DNA of 64,000 bases from NCBI GenBank assembly GCA_963674965.2, contig CAXXFL010000002.1:96001-160000 (forward strand), written 5' to 3'. This stretch comes from a bacterium (lineage in GTDB: Bacteria > RBG-13-61-14 > DATKZS01). Below the pieces are notes generated by a model, which saw nothing but the letters and a program-made list of their open reading frames with translations, was not told where the DNA came from and did no database searches. The position numbers and the translations under genes were made by a program. Positions 9,306 to 20,071 of the stretch are shown here, one piece after another; within the stretch, counting starts at the first letter, position 1; each line of letters starts with the position of its first letter.

Positions 9306-9502
9306 CGTTGATCGACTGGAAGGTTATAATCAGTGCGGTCAAGGACCGTATTGCAGGATTTTAGCCTTTATAGATACTTGCAAAGGAGATACTCGACCTG
9401 CTTGGCTATATGCAGTATGTTTGGGGGAAATTGGCAGCGCCCTAAGCCCAATTGCACAATGGCCATGATCGTACTGCTAAAAGAAAAATTTAGGGAGGCT
9501 CC

Positions 9503-9539
9503 TTGATTTTTTCCTTACAGATGATATAACAAATGTAAG
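9503..9539 (+). promoter_or_regulatory. Sigma70-like promoter overlapped by an inverted-repeat operator
   Basis: TTGATT(9503)-16 nt-TATAAC(9525); CTTACA(9514)-N14-TGTAAG(9534). Confidence 0.5.
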
Positions 9540-9581
9540 TTTCGTTCGCATAAATAGGGACTTTCTATTAAGGGTCGAAAG

Positions 9582-9830
9582 GTGCAACTTATGTCTCCAG
9601 ATGAACGCAATTATCCAGCTCTATTAAAAGAAATCCGTAGCCAGCTGGCGTTAAGCCAAGAAGATCTGGCTAGAGAAATTGGAGTAAGTTACGCAACAAT
9701 CAGCCGCTGGGAAAATGGTCAATCAAAACCATCAAAGCTAGCGAAAACCCAGTTAGAGTCTTTCTGTGCAAGAATGATAAAGCGGGGAAGATTAGGTTTA
9801 CCGAATGAATTGAAGCATTCGTTTCGATAA
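9582..9830 (+). CDS. XRE/Cro-C1 HTH regulator (RM controller-like)
   Basis: LSQEDLAREIGVSYATISRWENG; directly upstream of hsdM. Confidence 0.85.
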   Translation: MQLMSPDERNYPALLKEIRSQLALSQEDLAREIGVSYATISRWENGQSKPSKLAKTQLESFCARMIKRGRLGLPNELKHSFR

Positions 9831-9849
9831 TCGAGGGTACGATAAAATC

Positions 9850-10791
9850 ATGAACAGCTTTGGGCAAAAAGTTAGTTTCATTTGGTCGGTCGCCGATCTT
9901 CTGCGCGGGCCGTATCGCCCCAACCAATACAAGGATGTCATGCTCCCCATGACGGTCCTTAGAAGGCTCGACTGCGTCCTGGAGCCCACCAAGGAAAAAG
10001 TCCTCGAACAGCGAAAGAAGCTCTCGGGCGGCAAGGTCAAAAATGTCGATCCCATACTTTGCCGGGCTACCGGCGTGCCTTTCTACAACACCAGCCGCTA
10101 CAGCTTCGACAAGCTCAAGGGCGATCCCAACAACATCGCCGCGAATCTCACCAACTACATCAAGGGCTTCTCTGCCAGGGCCCGCGAGATCATAGAACAC
10201 TTCGGCTTCGAGGAACAGATCGCCAAACTCGACAAGGCCGACCGCCTCTATCTCATCGTCGCCAAGTTCTGCGAGATCGACCTTCACCCGGACACCAAAA
10301 CTGCGGAGGCCGAGATAAAGGCGGGCAAGGAAAAACAGGAGGCCATTCTTTCGGCGCTCAGTACCATCGCCGACCAGGGCATGGTCAAAAACCGGGAAAA
10401 GTGGTCCGGCCTCATGAAGCAGGCCTTCAAGAAGAAAAAGGTGGTTGTGCCCGCCGCGCTCTTCAAGGCCGTCCTCATGGCGCTTGCCGAACGCGACGAG
10501 ACAGCGGACGTATGTCTGGACAAGAACGGCAACCCCGAGCCGGACTCTGAACTCAGGGACTTCGAGAACGTGCCCCTAAAGGAAAACATCGAAGAATACA
10601 TGAAGCGCGAAGTCTTGCCTCATGTGCCCGACGCCTGGGTGGACCATGATAAAACCAAGATCGGCTACGAGATCAATTTCAACCGATACTTCTATAAATA
10701 CGTTCCGCCCCGACCTCTCGATGAGATAGAGAAGGACTTGAAGACAATAGAAAAAGAAATCGCCGACATGCTGGCTGAGGTGACCGAATGA
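9850..10791 (+). pseudogene. hsdM: Type I RM methyltransferase subunit with in-frame deletion of the catalytic domain
   Basis: N-term FIWSVADLLRG..LRRLDCVL and C-term LRDFENVP..KIGYEINFNRYFY joined at ~10296; no SAM-binding DPACG or NPP(F/Y) motif; only 313 aa. Confidence 0.9.
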
Positions 10792-11945
10792 ATGACAAAA
10801 ACGACGGACTTGCGCCCCGTTCCGAGATCGTACTCTACCAGACGGAGGATGGAAAAAGCCATCTCCAGGTAATCCTTGATGAAGGGACTGTATGGCTTCC
10901 CCAACGTCTATTAGCAGAGCTATACCAGGTCTCGATCCCGACCGTAAGTGAGCATATTAAAAACATTTTCGAGGAAGAAGAACTGTCGCCAGAGGCAACT
11001 ATTAGGAAATTCCTAATAGTTCAGATGGAAGGTGACAGGCAGGTAAAACGCGCCGTGGATCACTACAACCTTGATATGATACTGGCGGTCGGATACAGGG
11101 TTCGGTCCCACAGAGGCACCCAGTTCAGGCAGTGGGCGACTGAAAATCTCAGCGAGTACCTCGTCAAGGGATTCGTCATGGATGACGAGAGACTCAAGGA
11201 AGGCAAACACCTGGGCACGGACTACTTCGATGAGCTTCTCGAACGGATTCGGGACATCAGGGCCTCCGAGAAGCGCTTCTATCAGAAAATTAAAGATATC
11301 TACTCCCTTTCCATCGATTACGATCCCAAGGCACCTCAAACCCAGGATTTCTTCAAGATCGTACAAAACAAGCTGCACTATGCCATCACCGGTCTCACCG
11401 CCGCCGAGATCATAAGGGACCGGGCCGACGCTGAACTCCCCAATATGGGACTCACCGCCTGGAGCGGTATCAAGGTAAGAAAACAAGACGTGATCGTTGC
11501 AAAGAACTACCTTACTCAGGACGAAATCGAGGAGTTGAACCGCTTCGTTACGATGTATCTCGATTATGCCGAAGACCAGACCAGGAGAAGGCAGCCCATC
11601 TATATGAAGGACTGGAGGAAAAAGCTCGACTCATTCCTCGAATTCAATGAGCGGGGAGTGCTGCGAAACGCGGGCGCGGTTTCAATGGATGACGCCAAGG
11701 AATTCGCCCGCGAGGAGTACGACAGATTTCGTGAAAGAAGGCTGGCCGAGGTCGACGAGATGGCCGAAAAAGAGTTCCAGGCCTTGGTAAGTGAAGTGGA
11801 GGCCAAGGGACTCAAGGCCGCGCCCAAAAAGAAAACCGCCAAAAAATCCTCGGCAAAGAAAAAAGCGGCCAAGAAAACCGGAGCGAAAAAGGCTTCGAAA
11901 AAGAAAACGGCCAGGAAAAAGGCAAGCAAGGTGAAGAGGAAGTAA
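10788..11945 (+). CDS. rhuM: RhuM-family protein with Lys/Ala-rich C-terminal tail
   Basis: YNLDMILAVGYRVRSHRGTQFRQWA, DYFDELLERIRDIRASEKRFYQK. Confidence 0.9.
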   Translation: MNDKNDGLAPRSEIVLYQTEDGKSHLQVILDEGTVWLPQRLLAELYQVSIPTVSEHIKNIFEEEELSPEATIRKFLIVQMEGDRQVKRAVDHYNLDMILAVGYRVRSHRGTQFRQWATENLSEYLVKGFVMDDERLKEGKHLGTDYFDELLERIRDIRASEKRFYQKIKDIYSLSIDYDPKAPQTQDFFKIVQNKLHYAITGLTAAEIIRDRADAELPNMGLTAWSGIKVRKQDVIVAKNYLTQDEIEELNRFVTMYLDYAEDQTRRRQPIYMKDWRKKLDSFLEFNERGVLRNAGAVSMDDAKEFAREEYDRFRERRLAEVDEMAEKEFQALVSEVEAKGLKAAPKKKTAKKSSAKKKAAKKTGAKKASKKKTARKKASKVKRK

Positions 11946-11979
11946 CATGTCGGTCGAGGTGATGGAATAGGAGAAAAGT

Positions 11980-12723
11980 GTGACCAAAATCAAAGAAAGC
12001 AAAACTACTGGGGAAGAAGTTTTCCTTGATTGCCCTCGTTGTAAAGTCAATACCAAACATGCAGTCGAGCGAGCTGTTGAATGGTCAGGCTTTGACGAGG
12101 AAGACTGTGTTCATTATTGGGAAGTTGCTCAGATTATAAGATGTAATGGCTGTGATAATTTGTCTTTCAGATTGCTTGAGGGTGACTCAATGAACACCGA
12201 TCACCATGGAGACCCGATTGAATCGCAAAAGCTTTATCCGGAAAGAGTCAACAGATCACTGGCCGACGAACTATACCTCCGACACGATGTGTATGATATT
12301 CCTCCAATTATTCAAACCGTCTACCGTGAGACCTTGTCGGCTGTTCAGCATGATTTATCCACACTCGCAGGTATTGGCATCCGCGCCATCATTGAGGCAA
12401 CTTGCCAGGACCTCAAGGCCAAGAAGGGGAATCTGGAAAAAAAGATTGATCAACTGGTAAGCATGGCACTCTTAACTCCAGCCGGCGCCGAAATTCTCCA
12501 CGGCATCCGCCTGCTTGGCAATGAGGCCGCCCACGAGATGAAAGCTCCGAAAAAGGGGCAAATCATAGCCGCGCTCAAGGTGATTGACCATCTACTGCTC
12601 GGGGTATATGTACTTCCTCAAGAAGCCTCTAGTCTGCCCAAGAGAAAGCCAAAGGCTTCTGGGAAGGCAACCAAAAAGAGCAGTAAGAGTAGCGCGAAAA
12701 AAACCTCTCGGAGCAAGGCATGA
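11980..12723 (+). CDS. DUF4145 (HEPN-like) protein with N-terminal zinc ribbon and basic tail
   Basis: CPRC..CNGC; RAIIE..LEKKID.L..IRLLGNEAAH. Confidence 0.8.
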   Translation: MTKIKESKTTGEEVFLDCPRCKVNTKHAVERAVEWSGFDEEDCVHYWEVAQIIRCNGCDNLSFRLLEGDSMNTDHHGDPIESQKLYPERVNRSLADELYLRHDVYDIPPIIQTVYRETLSAVQHDLSTLAGIGIRAIIEATCQDLKAKKGNLEKKIDQLVSMALLTPAGAEILHGIRLLGNEAAHEMKAPKKGQIIAALKVIDHLLLGVYVLPQEASSLPKRKPKASGKATKKSSKSSAKKTSRSKA

Positions 12724-14093
12724 CCAGCATCCACGTACAAGCTGGCAAACGAGCGACCTACCCGGCGTACAAGCCTTCTGGCATCGAATGGCTGGATAAG
12801 ATTCCCGATCATTGGGAGATTCATCGTCTCAAACACATCGCGTCGGTTCAATTCAGCAGCGTGGACAAGCACACCATTGATGGCGAAGAACCTGTACGCC
12901 TCTGCAACTACGTAGACGTGTATTACAACGACTTCATCAAAGAGGGCCTTGAATTCATGTCGGCGACTGCTACGAAGAACGAGATCGCTCGTTTTCAGCT
13001 TCGCCACGGAGACGTGTTGGTCACCAAGGACTCCGAGTCTTGGGATGATATTGCCGTTCCAGCTTATGTAGCTGAAGAACTCGATGGCGTTCTGTGTGGC
13101 TACCACCTTGCCCACATTCGTCCCGATCTTCGAAAGCTTCTGGGCGAGTATCTGTTCCGTGCATTCCGATCCCAGGGAATAAATGACCAGTTTCAAGTCG
13201 CTGCCAATGGCATTACGCGATTCGGCTTGGGCAAGTATTGGCTGGACAACGGACTAATTCCTGTTCCTCCGCTGGATGAGCAACGCTCCATCGCCTCCTT
13301 TCTTGACCGGGAGACGGCTCGGATTGATGGGTTGATCGAAAAGAAGGAGCGGCAGATCGAACTCCTCCAGGAGAAGCGCCAGGCTCTCATCTCCCATGCC
13401 GTCACCAAGGGTGTCAATTCCAACGCCAAGATGAAGGACTCCGGCATCGAGTGGCTGGGCAAGGTGCCAGTGCACTGGGAAGTTAAGAGACTCAAATTTC
13501 TTGTTTCGGAACCTCTTAAATATGGAGCCAATGAAGCCGCAGAGCTTGATAACCCGGAACTACCTCGCTACATCCGCATCACTGATGTAGATGAGAACGG
13601 TCGATTACGAGACGAGACTTTCAAATCGATACCGGAAGACATTGCGCGTCCATACATGTTGAAAGAGGGTGATCTTCTGCTTGCTCGTAGCGGTGCCACT
13701 GTTGGCAAGAGCTTCTACTATGAGCCGTCATGGGGAAGGGCAGCTTTCGCCGGATACTTAATTCGGGCAAGGTTTAACCCCGCCAAGATGACGCCTCGCT
13801 TTGTAAATTATTTTACAAACTCACAACAGTACTGGCAGTGGCTTAATTCATCTTTCATTCAGGCAACTATTCAAAATGTCAGTGCTGAAAAGTACGCCAA
13901 TCTTCTGGTAACTGTACCGCCCTTCGATGAGCAAACAAAGATAGTTACCTTCCTTGATGACGCATGGAAAAAGTTTGGTGGACTGATTGATAAAATAGGC
14001 GAGTCGATTAATCGTCTCATGGAGTATCGTGCAGCTATTATAACATCAGCGGTAACCGGAAAGATTGATGTAAAGAACGAGGTCGCATCATGA
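12720..14093 (+). CDS. hsdS: Type I RM specificity subunit
   Basis: Two SGIEWLxxxPxHWE repeats; PPLDEQ..I..FLD helices; ITSAVTGKIDV. Confidence 0.95.
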   Translation: MTSIHVQAGKRATYPAYKPSGIEWLDKIPDHWEIHRLKHIASVQFSSVDKHTIDGEEPVRLCNYVDVYYNDFIKEGLEFMSATATKNEIARFQLRHGDVLVTKDSESWDDIAVPAYVAEELDGVLCGYHLAHIRPDLRKLLGEYLFRAFRSQGINDQFQVAANGITRFGLGKYWLDNGLIPVPPLDEQRSIASFLDRETARIDGLIEKKERQIELLQEKRQALISHAVTKGVNSNAKMKDSGIEWLGKVPVHWEVKRLKFLVSEPLKYGANEAAELDNPELPRYIRITDVDENGRLRDETFKSIPEDIARPYMLKEGDLLLARSGATVGKSFYYEPSWGRAAFAGYLIRARFNPAKMTPRFVNYFTNSQQYWQWLNSSFIQATIQNVSAEKYANLLVTVPPFDEQTKIVTFLDDAWKKFGGLIDKIGESINRLMEYRAAIITSAVTGKIDVKNEVAS

Positions 14094-14734
14094 GCCTTGC
14101 AACAACAACTCCGATTTTCCGTTTTCTTCACATCGACAATCTGCCGGTGTATCTTCGGCGCGGTATGCTTCATTCCCCTAATCACACTCCCGATGACGGT
14201 CTTGCTTACAGGACCATACACAACGAGGACATTCAACAGCGCCGCCGGGTCACGCGGATTCCATGCGGCCCGGGCGGTGTCATCCATGACTATGTATCGT
14301 TCTACTTTGGTCCCCGTTCGCCCATGCTTTATCAACTGCACACGGGGTGGGTGCAGGGATATTGCGAAGGACAAGAACCCCTCATCTATCTTGTATCCAC
14401 GGCGCAAACCGTGGCGGCGAGCGGTGCTGAATTCGTGTTTTCCGACGGCCACGGCATCGCCCATTTCACGCACTGGTTCGACAATCTTGCGAACCTGAAT
14501 GAGTTGGATTGGGAAGCAATTTATGCTACCTATTGGGCAGACGATATAGAACACATGGACCGGCAGAGAAGGAAGCAGGCCGAGTTCCTGGTGCATTGCC
14601 GTTGCGACTGGTCTCTGATCCTGGAGATCGGCGTGCTCAACGACGGAATGCGATCCAGGGTGGAAGAGGTAATGAATCGATTCCCGGAGGCACTGTGCCG
14701 ACCGGTGAATGTTCGAACAGACTGGTACTATTGA
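14090..14734 (+). CDS. darT: DarT DNA ADP-ribosyltransferase toxin (DUF4433)
   Basis: HIDNL, HDYVSFYFGPRSPMLY, FSDG and RRKQAEFLVH (catalytic Glu). Confidence 0.92.
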   Translation: MSLATTTPIFRFLHIDNLPVYLRRGMLHSPNHTPDDGLAYRTIHNEDIQQRRRVTRIPCGPGGVIHDYVSFYFGPRSPMLYQLHTGWVQGYCEGQEPLIYLVSTAQTVAASGAEFVFSDGHGIAHFTHWFDNLANLNELDWEAIYATYWADDIEHMDRQRRKQAEFLVHCRCDWSLILEIGVLNDGMRSRVEEVMNRFPEALCRPVNVRTDWYY

Positions 14735-14747
14735 GGCATTGGAGGGC

Positions 14748-15800
14748 ATGGAAATGATAGAGATAACCCGGGGCAACATTTTGAAGGCTGATGCCGACGC
14801 CTTGGTCAACACCGTGAACACCGTGGGGCACATGGGCAAGGGGATCGCCCTTCAGTTCAAGAAGGCTTTCCCCGCGAACTATGATGCGTACCGCAAAGTA
14901 TGCGACGCCAAGGAATTGCAGCCTGGCAATATGTTCGTTTACGAGACCAATTCCATGCTGAACCCCAAGTACATCATCAATTTTCCCACCAAACGTCACT
15001 GGCGAGGCAAGTCGCGCATGAGTGACATCGAGGCAGGGCTGAAGGCATTGGTGCAAGAAGTCCGGGAAAGAGGCATTCAATCCATCGCCATACCTCCCTT
15101 GGGTTGCGGCCTCGGCGGCCTGTCCTGGGACGAGGTCAAGCCGAGGATAGAGAACGCTTTCTCCGAGTTGCCCGAAGTAACGGTCCTTTTGTTCGAGCCA
15201 TTAGGTGCGCCGGAGGCCAAATCCATGCCCATTCGAACAAAGCGGCCTCACTTGACCGTTGCTCGCGCTTTGTTCATCAAAATGATGGATCAATATTCCA
15301 CGCTTGCCTATCGCATGACCCTTCTGGAAATTCAGAAGATGGCCTATTTTCTCCAGGAGTCGGGCGAAAAATTGAGGTTGAACTACGAAGAGGGCGTCTA
15401 CGGACCATATGCTCATAACTTGAACAAGGTGTTGGAGATTCTGGAGGGCCACTTCATCAGCGGTTATGGAGACACCCAGCGCCCGGATGTGGAAATCGAA
15501 ATTCTTCCAGGCTCCGTTGATGAAGCCAATGAATTTCTGCTTGATAAAGCGGAGTCGAGGGACAGGCTCGATAAAGTGAGTGAATTAATTGAAGGATTCG
15601 AAACGCCCTACGGCATGGAATTGTTGGCATCCGTTCATTGGCTGGCTGAACACCACGAGCCGCAAGCCATGGATGAGGAATCCGCCATTTCCATGTTGCA
15701 TGCCTGGACCGAGCGTAAACGCCGAATGTTCCGACCTGACCATGTGAGCATCGCGTGGCAACGCCTAATTGAGACGAACTTCATCCCAACGAAGAACTAA
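14748..15800 (+). CDS. darG: DarG macrodomain antitoxin
   Basis: ADALVNTVNTVGHMGKGIALQFK, INFPTK, PPLGCGLGGL; C-term YGPY and GFETPYGMELLASVHW; GGAGG RBS. Confidence 0.92.
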   Translation: MEMIEITRGNILKADADALVNTVNTVGHMGKGIALQFKKAFPANYDAYRKVCDAKELQPGNMFVYETNSMLNPKYIINFPTKRHWRGKSRMSDIEAGLKALVQEVRERGIQSIAIPPLGCGLGGLSWDEVKPRIENAFSELPEVTVLLFEPLGAPEAKSMPIRTKRPHLTVARALFIKMMDQYSTLAYRMTLLEIQKMAYFLQESGEKLRLNYEEGVYGPYAHNLNKVLEILEGHFISGYGDTQRPDVEIEILPGSVDEANEFLLDKAESRDRLDKVSELIEGFETPYGMELLASVHWLAEHHEPQAMDEESAISMLHAWTERKRRMFRPDHVSIAWQRLIETNFIPTKN

Positions 15801-18625
15801 TGCCAGGCCAACACACAGAACAAGCCTTCGAAACCGCCATCGAGGACTGGCTGATCAATTCCAGCGGTTACGAGCAAGGCGATTGCGATGCATTCGACCA
15901 GGAGCGAGGGGTGTTCCCGGTTGACGTGATCTCGTTCATCCAGAAGTCTCAGCCCGAGGAATGGGAGTATCTTGAGAAACTGCAAAAGGACAAGGCCGAG
16001 GAGACGCTTCTGGACGATCTGTGCCGGGCGCTGAATTCAGAGCACGAAGGATGTCTCAAGGTCCTGCGTCACGGGTTCAAGTCTTTTGGCAAGCTTTTTC
16101 GGGTGGCTTACTTTGCTCCGGCCTCGGGCATGAACCCGGATACTTTGAAGCTCTATGAAGACAATAGGCTCACCATTACGCGGCAACTGAAATATTCCCA
16201 CAAGCACGGGAATACTCTTGACGTGACCCTTTCCTTGAATGGCATCCCCATCGCCACAGTGGAACTGAAAAATCCAATGACCGCCCAGAACTATCGGCAT
16301 GCCATCACCCAATACAAGAACGACCGCGATCCTTCGGACCTGATCTTCCAGTTCAAGAAACGGGCGCTGGTGCATTTCGCGGTGGACACGGACGAGGTTT
16401 ACATGTCCACGCGCCTGTCCGGAAGGAACACGCGCTTTCTGCCTCTCAACAAGGGGCGATCCGGCGGCGCTGGCAATCCCGAAAACCCTGGCGGGTACAA
16501 GACCGCATATTTATGGGAAGAGGTACTTGAGAGGCATAGTTTCCTGGACATCCTGGCCCGCTTCATCCACCTGCAGATCGAGGAGAAAAAGTTTGGCGGC
16601 AAGAAGGTGAAGCGGGAGACCATGATCTTTCCACGCTATCACCAGCTTGGCTGCGTTCGACAACTTGTTGTCGATGCTCGGGAGAAGGGACCAGGCACGA
16701 ACTATCTTGTCCAGCACTCGGCCGGAAGCGGTAAGTCGAACTCAATCGCCTGGCTCGCTCATCGTCTGGCGAGCCTTTATAACGAGAAGGACGAGAAGGT
16801 TTACGACTCGGTGATCGTTATCACCGACCGGGTGGTCCTGGATCAGCAGCTTCAGAACACCATCTACCAATTCGAACACAAGCAGGGCGTGGTGCAAAAG
16901 ATCGATGTCAATTCCTCCCAGCTCGCAGAAGCGTTGGTCGCTGGCGTGCCCATCGTGATTACGACCCTCCAGAAGTTCCCCTTTGTGACGGAAAAGATCG
17001 GCGACCTCTCGGAGAAGAAGTACGCCGTGATCATCGATGAGGCTCACAGCTCCCAGGGCGGTGAGACCGCGACTGAGCTGAAGGGCGTGCTTGCGGGAGC
17101 GGCCATCAAAAGGGAGATCGGGGCAATCGCCGACGTAGAGGGTTTGCCGGATTACGAGGAGGAGATTCTCAAGGCAATGGCCAAGCGAGGCCATCAGCCC
17201 AACATCAGCTTCTTCGCCTTCACAGCCACGCCGAAGTACAAGACAATTGAGGTTTTCGGTTCACCAGGGGCGGATGGCAAGCCGGAGCCTTTCCACCTCT
17301 ACAGCATGCGCCAGGCCATCGACGAAGGCTTTATCCTGGATGTGCTTCAGAACTACACCACCTATAAGACTTATTACAAGCTGATCAAGTCCATTGAGGA
17401 TGATCCCAAGGTGGACAAGCGCAAGGCTGGCCGGGCGCTGGCAAGGTTTATGAGCCTGCACCCGCACAACATTGCGCAGAAAACAGAAGTCATGGTCGAG
17501 CATTTCCGCCACTTCACTATGCACAAAATCGGGGGGAAGGCCAAAGCAATGGTTGTGACTTCCAGTCGTCTCCATGCAGTGAAGTACAAGCAGGCGTTCG
17601 ATAAATACATCTCCGAGAAAGGCTATACCGGCATCAAGACCCTGGTTGCCTTTTCCGGTACGGTGGTTGATCCGGACGCACCAGGGGTGGAATACACGGA
17701 AGTCGGCATGAACCAGGGTATTCGAGAAAAGGAACTGCCTGAAAGGTTTGGAACTGAAGAATACCAAGTGCTCCTGGTTGCGGAGAAGTACCAGACCGGA
17801 TTTGACCAGCCGCTTCTTCACACTATGTATGTGGACAAGCGGCTTGCAGGTATTCAGGCTGTGCAGACTTTGTCCAGGCTCAACAGAACGCATCCGGGTA
17901 AAGAGGACACCTTTGTCCTCGACTTCGTGAACGAGGCGAATGAAATCTTGAGCGCCTTCCAACCGTTCTATGAACAGACGCTCATCGGCGATAGGGCTGA
18001 TCCCAAACAACTCTATGAACTGCAGGCCAAGCTAGATTCTCAACAGGTGTATTATAAAGCCGAGGTTGAGGAGTTCTGCAGGGTTTTTTATAAGCCGAAA
18101 CGTAACCAGACATCGACTGATCATGCCCGGATGAACTCTTGTATCGATCCTGCCGTGGGTCGTTATAAGGAGTTGGAGGAGGAAGTTCGCGAGGAGTTCC
18201 GAAAGACTCTAGTGGCTTACCGGAATTTGTATTCTTTCCTGGCCCAGGTGATTCCTTTTCAGGACTCCGACCTGGAGAAGCTCTATTCATATGTTCGTTT
18301 CCTTCTGACCAAGTTGCCAAGAGGAGACCGAGGCCCGATCTACAATTTCGATGACGATGTGGCACTCAAGTTTTATCGGTTGCAGAAGATCAGCGAAGGC
18401 TCGATCAAGCTGGATCCTGGTAAGGAGGAGCCTATTTCCGGGCCAGTTGCAGTAGGCACCGGCGTTGCCAGGGGAGACGAGATCGAACTGTCAAAGCTGA
18501 TAGATATCCTGAATGAGCGGTTTGGTACGGAGTTCAAGCCTGGCGATCAACTGTTTTTCGAATCTATACGAGAGGACGCCGTTGCTGATAAATGTGCGAA
18601 CATAAATCGCCGGGCGCTCAATTAG
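15800..18625 (+). CDS. hsdR: Type I restriction subunit R, C-terminus clipped at ~18588 by an inversion junction
   Basis: D..NGIPIATVELK nuclease, HSAGSGKS, DEAH, FTATP, QTGFDQP; the last ~12 codons read into the antisense of the inverted gene. Confidence 0.93.
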   Translation: MPGQHTEQAFETAIEDWLINSSGYEQGDCDAFDQERGVFPVDVISFIQKSQPEEWEYLEKLQKDKAEETLLDDLCRALNSEHEGCLKVLRHGFKSFGKLFRVAYFAPASGMNPDTLKLYEDNRLTITRQLKYSHKHGNTLDVTLSLNGIPIATVELKNPMTAQNYRHAITQYKNDRDPSDLIFQFKKRALVHFAVDTDEVYMSTRLSGRNTRFLPLNKGRSGGAGNPENPGGYKTAYLWEEVLERHSFLDILARFIHLQIEEKKFGGKKVKRETMIFPRYHQLGCVRQLVVDAREKGPGTNYLVQHSAGSGKSNSIAWLAHRLASLYNEKDEKVYDSVIVITDRVVLDQQLQNTIYQFEHKQGVVQKIDVNSSQLAEALVAGVPIVITTLQKFPFVTEKIGDLSEKKYAVIIDEAHSSQGGETATELKGVLAGAAIKREIGAIADVEGLPDYEEEILKAMAKRGHQPNISFFAFTATPKYKTIEVFGSPGADGKPEPFHLYSMRQAIDEGFILDVLQNYTTYKTYYKLIKSIEDDPKVDKRKAGRALARFMSLHPHNIAQKTEVMVEHFRHFTMHKIGGKAKAMVVTSSRLHAVKYKQAFDKYISEKGYTGIKTLVAFSGTVVDPDAPGVEYTEVGMNQGIREKELPERFGTEEYQVLLVAEKYQTGFDQPLLHTMYVDKRLAGIQAVQTLSRLNRTHPGKEDTFVLDFVNEANEILSAFQPFYEQTLIGDRADPKQLYELQAKLDSQQVYYKAEVEEFCRVFYKPKRNQTSTDHARMNSCIDPAVGRYKELEEEVREEFRKTLVAYRNLYSFLAQVIPFQDSDLEKLYSYVRFLLTKLPRGDRGPIYNFDDDVALKFYRLQKISEGSIKLDPGKEEPISGPVAVGTGVARGDEIELSKLIDILNERFGTEFKPGDQLFFESIREDAVADKCANINRRALN

Positions 18626-20071
18626 TGCTTCTGCCTTGGTTGAGAACGCCGAGGGATTGGTCGCTACATACTGCCCGAACGTTGAGGCGAGTCCTTCAAT
18701 GTCTGGCCCCATGAACCCACTCTGCTCCCCGGGCGTCCAGGAGGACACTCGCTCCACTGCCTGTTCAAACGTCACCTTGCTAAGCTCGTCGACGGTCATA
18801 GGGCTATTATGCCCCCAACGCCCAGAGTCGATGCGGACATTCAGGTCCGCCAATTCTGGTTTACCGTGTTTGGCAAGCATGTCCTCGTAAAACTTCTTTC
18901 GTTCGCCCTCCAGGTGCTTTCGCACCCAGTGCATCTTTTTAAATTTCCAATAATTTATCCGGTTTTGTCGGTCCTCATCTGTGGCATCGCGCCCCAGCCT
19001 CTCCTTGAAGGTTTGGTCGAAATCCGACATGTCGGGGCCAGCATCAATCCACCCGAACCACGTAGCCCTGTCTTCTGGCGTCAGCAAGTCCAGCCGACGG
19101 CCGACAAGCATCGCATACTCGTGCTTGTACCTATGATCATCGAACAGGTCACGGTTCATCATGATCTGGCGAGCCAGTGCAGCGTTCTGCTCCGCGAATT
19201 CATTGATCAGATGAACTTTGATGCGTCTGAAGACCACGTATGAATAAGGAGCTATTATTTCGAGCGCCTTACCAAGCGACAGGCTCTCATCTCGGATCGC
19301 TTGTTCGAAGCCCTGTCTGACGAATCCAACCATGACACCAGCGAATTCGTAATCCAGATTCTGTCCATGTTCCTCAATTGCCGGTCGCCACATGTAAGAG
19401 TAATCCGAGCCAGAAGCCGGGTCTACGTGTTTCTTGGCATCTACAGATACCTTCAACCATTCGCACAGCTTCATGAGAAACGCACGCGGTTCTCGTCCAG
19501 CCATAACAGGGATCACCTTTTTGAGTCCAGCCTTGTACCAGTACTCATCCCGCCGACTTGGCTCCTCTTGGCCCTCCTCGAACTTCGGTGTGAACAGAGC
19601 TTCAGCCAAGTCCATAGCGGCTTTCGCCTCGCCCCCTTCCGCGAGCCGAACACAGAGATCGCTGGCATCTTTGAAATTTAGAGAAAGTATTTCCTTTTGC
19701 ATGGCTTGAGATATTCTCGGAACAAGTGTCTTTGCTGCCGCAGATGGCATTGCTAGAGCGGCGTTTATTATGTCTCTTATGATCGATTCGTTATGTGTCT
19801 CTAACCCGATAAATATCGATGCAACCTCAGTTGGCGCATGCGGGGCCATTTTGGCCAGGTACTGTGATGCTGGCCAAAGGGGAAAACGGATTCCACCGCC
19901 CTTTACATGTTCGACCTTCGGTGGATTATCAAACATGCCCCTATTCTTAAGCGGCATGATCCAGTGAGGGTTCTCTAGCTGTGAAAAGAAATACGCCTCG
20001 TGCTGCGGAGAACTCAGCAGGGGCATTGCAGCTTCGACCTGTTCATCGGTTGGTTTGTCGTAAGATTTCAT
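18589..20071 (-). pseudogene. N-terminal ~490 aa of a large helical hypothetical protein (inverted segment)
   Basis: Long ORF MKSYDKPT..YFFSQLENPHW..WPASQYL; runs into hsdR antisense at ~18588. Confidence 0.7.
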
